In this document: positions 60,461 to 62,701 of the stretch, piece by piece
How positions within the stretch are numbered: the stretch's first letter is position 1
How the letters are laid out: each line of letters starts with the position of its first letter
NCBI GenBank assembly: GCA_041687115.1
Contig: JAWLCP010000006.1
Span: 1-62,701 of the forward strand
DNA length: 62,701 nt
From: Anaerolineae bacterium
Lineage (GTDB): Bacteria > Chloroflexota > Anaerolineae > B4-G1
Reading direction: 5' to 3'
The notes under the pieces: generated by a model
What the model saw: the letters and a program-made list of their open reading frames with translations, nothing else
Databases searched by the model: none
What the model was told of the DNA's origin: nothing
Position numbers and translations under genes: made by a program

Positions 60461-61021
60461 TCAATGCCCGAGCACGCGCACGCTCTCTTCTCGGTCCTGA
60501 TGCACCAGCCGGTGAGCGCCGAAACGGGACAGGAGGTTGCGAGCCCGGTTCCGCAGGGCGCGCATGCGGTCGTCTTTCGCTTTCCACCTCCCACTGACCT
60601 GGTTCAGCACCAGCTTGCTGTCCCCTCGAACTTCCAGCGAAAACTCTCCCGGAGACCGACTGGCCAGTTCAATGCGCTCTATCAGGCCCCGGAGCGCGGC
60701 GATCAGCGTCTCGTACTCCGCCTCGTTGTTCGTCATGTCGCGGCCGAAGTCAAGACGCACCATCCGCTGTTTCTCGTCCCCTCGACGGCTCAGGGCATAG
60801 CTCCCGTACCCTGGACCAGGGTTCCCTTCGCTGCCGCCGTCGAACACGATGACGTAATCGGGCTCTCCCTCCGGCTCCCTCGCTTCGAAGTCGAGCGGCA
60901 TCGCCCTCTGGGTCGGCGATGCAACCGACCACTCGCTCGCCAATCGGTTGAACAACACCTCCCGTTCCTCGTCGGCGAGCGACGCGATTGCCGAGAGAAT
61001 TCGCTCGATGCGCTCGTTCAT
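60461..61021 (-). CDS. RNase H (type 1) family protein with ~60-aa N-terminal extension
   Basis: VIVFDGGSEGNPGPGYGSY, NNEAEYETLIAALRG, and VRGDSKLVLNQVSGRWK. These give the D-E-D catalytic pattern. Confidence 0.75.
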   Translation of the reverse strand: MNERIERILSAIASLADEEREVLFNRLASEWSVASPTQRAMPLDFEAREPEGEPDYVIVFDGGSEGNPGPGYGSYALSRRGDEKQRMVRLDFGRDMTNNEAEYETLIAALRGLIERIELASRSPGEFSLEVRGDSKLVLNQVSGRWKAKDDRMRALRNRARNLLSRFGAHRLVHQDREESVRVLGH

Positions 61022-61848
61022 CCCGAGGCCCTTGTATCGTAGAGGGCCAGCAGATTCGCCACATGGATCTGCTGCACCTGTCCCTGCAGGGGAAGGCGGG
61101 ATAGACCCGTCGACTCGATGTTGTCGTTGCCCAGTACTTCTCTCCCCTCGCCACCCTCGATGGCCTCCATCACTTTCCGTTCAATCGCGTCCAGGTAGTC
61201 CAGGCTGGCGTCAACTGCCTGGTTGACCTCCCCAACCAGCACGACCTCCCCGTGCCCTTGCACCATGTTGCTGATGTCCAGAGTCTTGATCCTTCTCAGC
61301 GACCTGCGGTATGCGGACATATCGCCGTCCACGATCGAGGGCACCGGCATCATTGTGTCCGCGGCGAACAGCACCTGATCCTGTTCCACATAGACCATTA
61401 CCAGGTCTCTTGTGTGTCCTGGGGCCCAGATCAGCTGAATGACCTCTCCCGCGAGCTGGAGTGCCATGTCCTCCCCTTCGAAGGTCACGTCAGGAAGACG
61501 GAACTCCACTTCCTCAAGCAAAGGCTCCTCCGCTTGGACCTCCTCCAGCGCCGGACGACCACGCTCCCTCAGGAACTGACGGCAGAGCTTGTGAGAGACC
61601 AGGTCGGCCTCGGGAAACAGATACGTGCCGTATGAATGATCGGCGTGGTAGTGGGTGAGGATCACGTACTTGACGCCCTCTGGGGAGATCTTGGGGATGA
61701 ATGAAGCCATTTCCCTTGTCTCACTGGGGAAGGGCAGGCTATCGATGAGGATCGTGCCAGCGGGCGTCACCACAGCTCCTGCGGTTACTTGAGCGTAGAG
61801 GTCACTGGTGAAGACGTAGATGTTGTCGGAGACCCGTTCACGGAGCAT
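61018..61848 (-). CDS. MBL-fold metallo-hydrolase
   Basis: I prefer ATG 61848 (GAGG RBS and a promoter at 61901-61929). Contains the THYHADHSYG metal-binding motif. ATGA overlap with the RNase H gene. Confidence 0.8.
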   Translation of the reverse strand: MLRERVSDNIYVFTSDLYAQVTAGAVVTPAGTILIDSLPFPSETREMASFIPKISPEGVKYVILTHYHADHSYGTYLFPEADLVSHKLCRQFLRERGRPALEEVQAEEPLLEEVEFRLPDVTFEGEDMALQLAGEVIQLIWAPGHTRDLVMVYVEQDQVLFAADTMMPVPSIVDGDMSAYRRSLRRIKTLDISNMVQGHGEVVLVGEVNQAVDASLDYLDAIERKVMEAIEGGEGREVLGNDNIESTGLSRLPLQGQVQQIHVANLLALYDTRASG

Positions 61849-61900
61849 GGCGTACCTCGCATTGGATATAGATGTCAACGATGGAGACCACGTGAGGAGG

Positions 61901-61929
61901 AGGATAGCACAGAAAATTGTCTCGGTCAA
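61901..61929 (-). promoter_or_regulatory. candidate proximal promoter of the MBL hydrolase gene
   Basis: On the minus strand: TTGACC (61924-61929), 17-nt spacer, TATCCT (61901-61906). Confidence 0.45.
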
Positions 61930-62113
61930 GCACGAACGGCGAGGCGAAACAAAGTGAAACCCCGCCATGCCGTGCGCCGCTTGTGTGTTGAGCCTCTGCT
62001 CACAAGTGGGTGCCTGCTCCCCGGTCTCCCGCGGAGACTACAGCTCCCTATCTGATAGGTGTTGGCTCAAAACGCAGTCGGCTGTCACGAACACAGCAGG
62101 GTTATCTGACAAC

Positions 62114-62141
62114 ACTATACCACGTCTCAGAGAAAGCGCAA
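62114..62141 (-). promoter_or_regulatory. candidate distal promoter (possible sRNA or long leader)
   Basis: On the minus strand: TTGCGC (62136-62141), 16-nt spacer ending in TGG, TATAGT (62114-62119). Confidence 0.4.
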
Positions 62142-62326
62142 GTGGAATCAGGGGTCGTCGGGGAGTTGCACACGGGTGTCGGTCGCGGCTCAAGTGCTCT
62201 GCGCCGAGGAAGCGGTCTCGGGGATCACCCGACGTGTGTTGTCGACGTGGCGCCGCGGGCGAACTGCACAGGTGCTGCGCGGTCGAAGGCAACGCGGACC
62301 GACTGCCGGGTCGTCTGGAGCGTCCC

Positions 62327-62701
62327 TCACCCCATGCCGGGGTCTGTGATCTCCAGCGACTTCGTCATGCGGTAGCTCAGGACCTCATATCCCAGCCTTC
62401 GATAGAACCTTTTCGCTACCTGGTTGAAGGCGTATACGGTCAGCTCCATCGCAGTAGCGCCCCTCGCCACGGCCCACGCCTCCGCCCTCGCCATCAAGGC
62501 GCGGCCCACCCCGGCGCGGCGGACACTCTTTCTCACGGCCAGATTGTCGACGACCCCACAGCGACGCGGGACGAGGATCGGAATGTCAGGCACGTCCCTC
62601 ATGATGACGTGCACCAGGCCCACCAGCTGTCCCTCGCTAGCGGCGACGAAGAGGCCGATGTCCCGGGAGCGGATTGCGTTCAGGATGAAGTCCTGGCTAC
62701 G
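62327..62701 (-). CDS. GNAT-family N-acetyltransferase (5'-truncated by window edge)
   Basis: The frame stays open to the window end. VVDNLAVRKSVRRAGVGRALMARAEAWAVARGATAMELTVYAFNQVAKRFYRRLGYE is the GNAT motif A/B region. Confidence 0.8.
   Translation of the reverse strand, partial: RSQDFILNAIRSRDIGLFVAASEGQLVGLVHVIMRDVPDIPILVPRRCGVVDNLAVRKSVRRAGVGRALMARAEAWAVARGATAMELTVYAFNQVAKRFYRRLGYEVLSYRMTKSLEITDPGMG

Overview
This is a GC-rich, densely coding bacterial chromosomal window, and most of it is housekeeping. I recognise these conserved blocks: tRNA-Asp; alaS-ruvX-mltG; dnaG-rpoD (sigA); murE; rho; fbp; rpsB-tsf-pyrH-frr-uppS-cdsA; mreB; acpP; fni plus a polyprenyl synthase; and ileS-(dksA-like)-lspA-rluD. 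Two RNA elements are invisible to the ORF track. One is a type A RNase P RNA (rnpB, about 37240-37685, minus strand). The other is a canonical T-box leader with an intrinsic terminator upstream of ileS (60065-60400, minus strand). Many sigma-70-like TTGACA/TATAAT promoters can be read directly. Start-stop overlaps (ATGA, GTGA, TTGA) are frequent, which suggests translational coupling. The Firmicutes-like synteny, the T-box and the high GC content fit a monoderm-derived lineage such as Chloroflexota, but this is inference only. I saw no CRISPR array, rRNA, transposase, integrase or obvious prophage. The regions most worth a second look are: (1) a six-gene minus-strand cluster at 45.5-50.7 kb that looks like a PspA-less membrane-stress or membrane-remodelling module; it encodes DUF2207, a membrane wHTH/Zn-ribbon protein, two all-helical proteins, a YdjI-type SPFH-SHOCT protein and a LiaI/LiaF-type TM protein; (2) a short MshC-like CysRS paralog next to a hotdog thioesterase and a GlmU-like nucleotidyltransferase (42.6-45.4 kb); (3) a tightly overlapping operon of Trm112-like, 2TM, DUF123 (GIY-YIG) and HEAT-repeat genes (39.8-41.3 kb); (4) an hcp (hybrid-cluster protein) redox island with a Crp/Fnr regulator and a candidate class II activator site (27-33.7 kb). 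The many long ORFs antisense to recognised genes are high-GC shadow ORFs, and I reject them.
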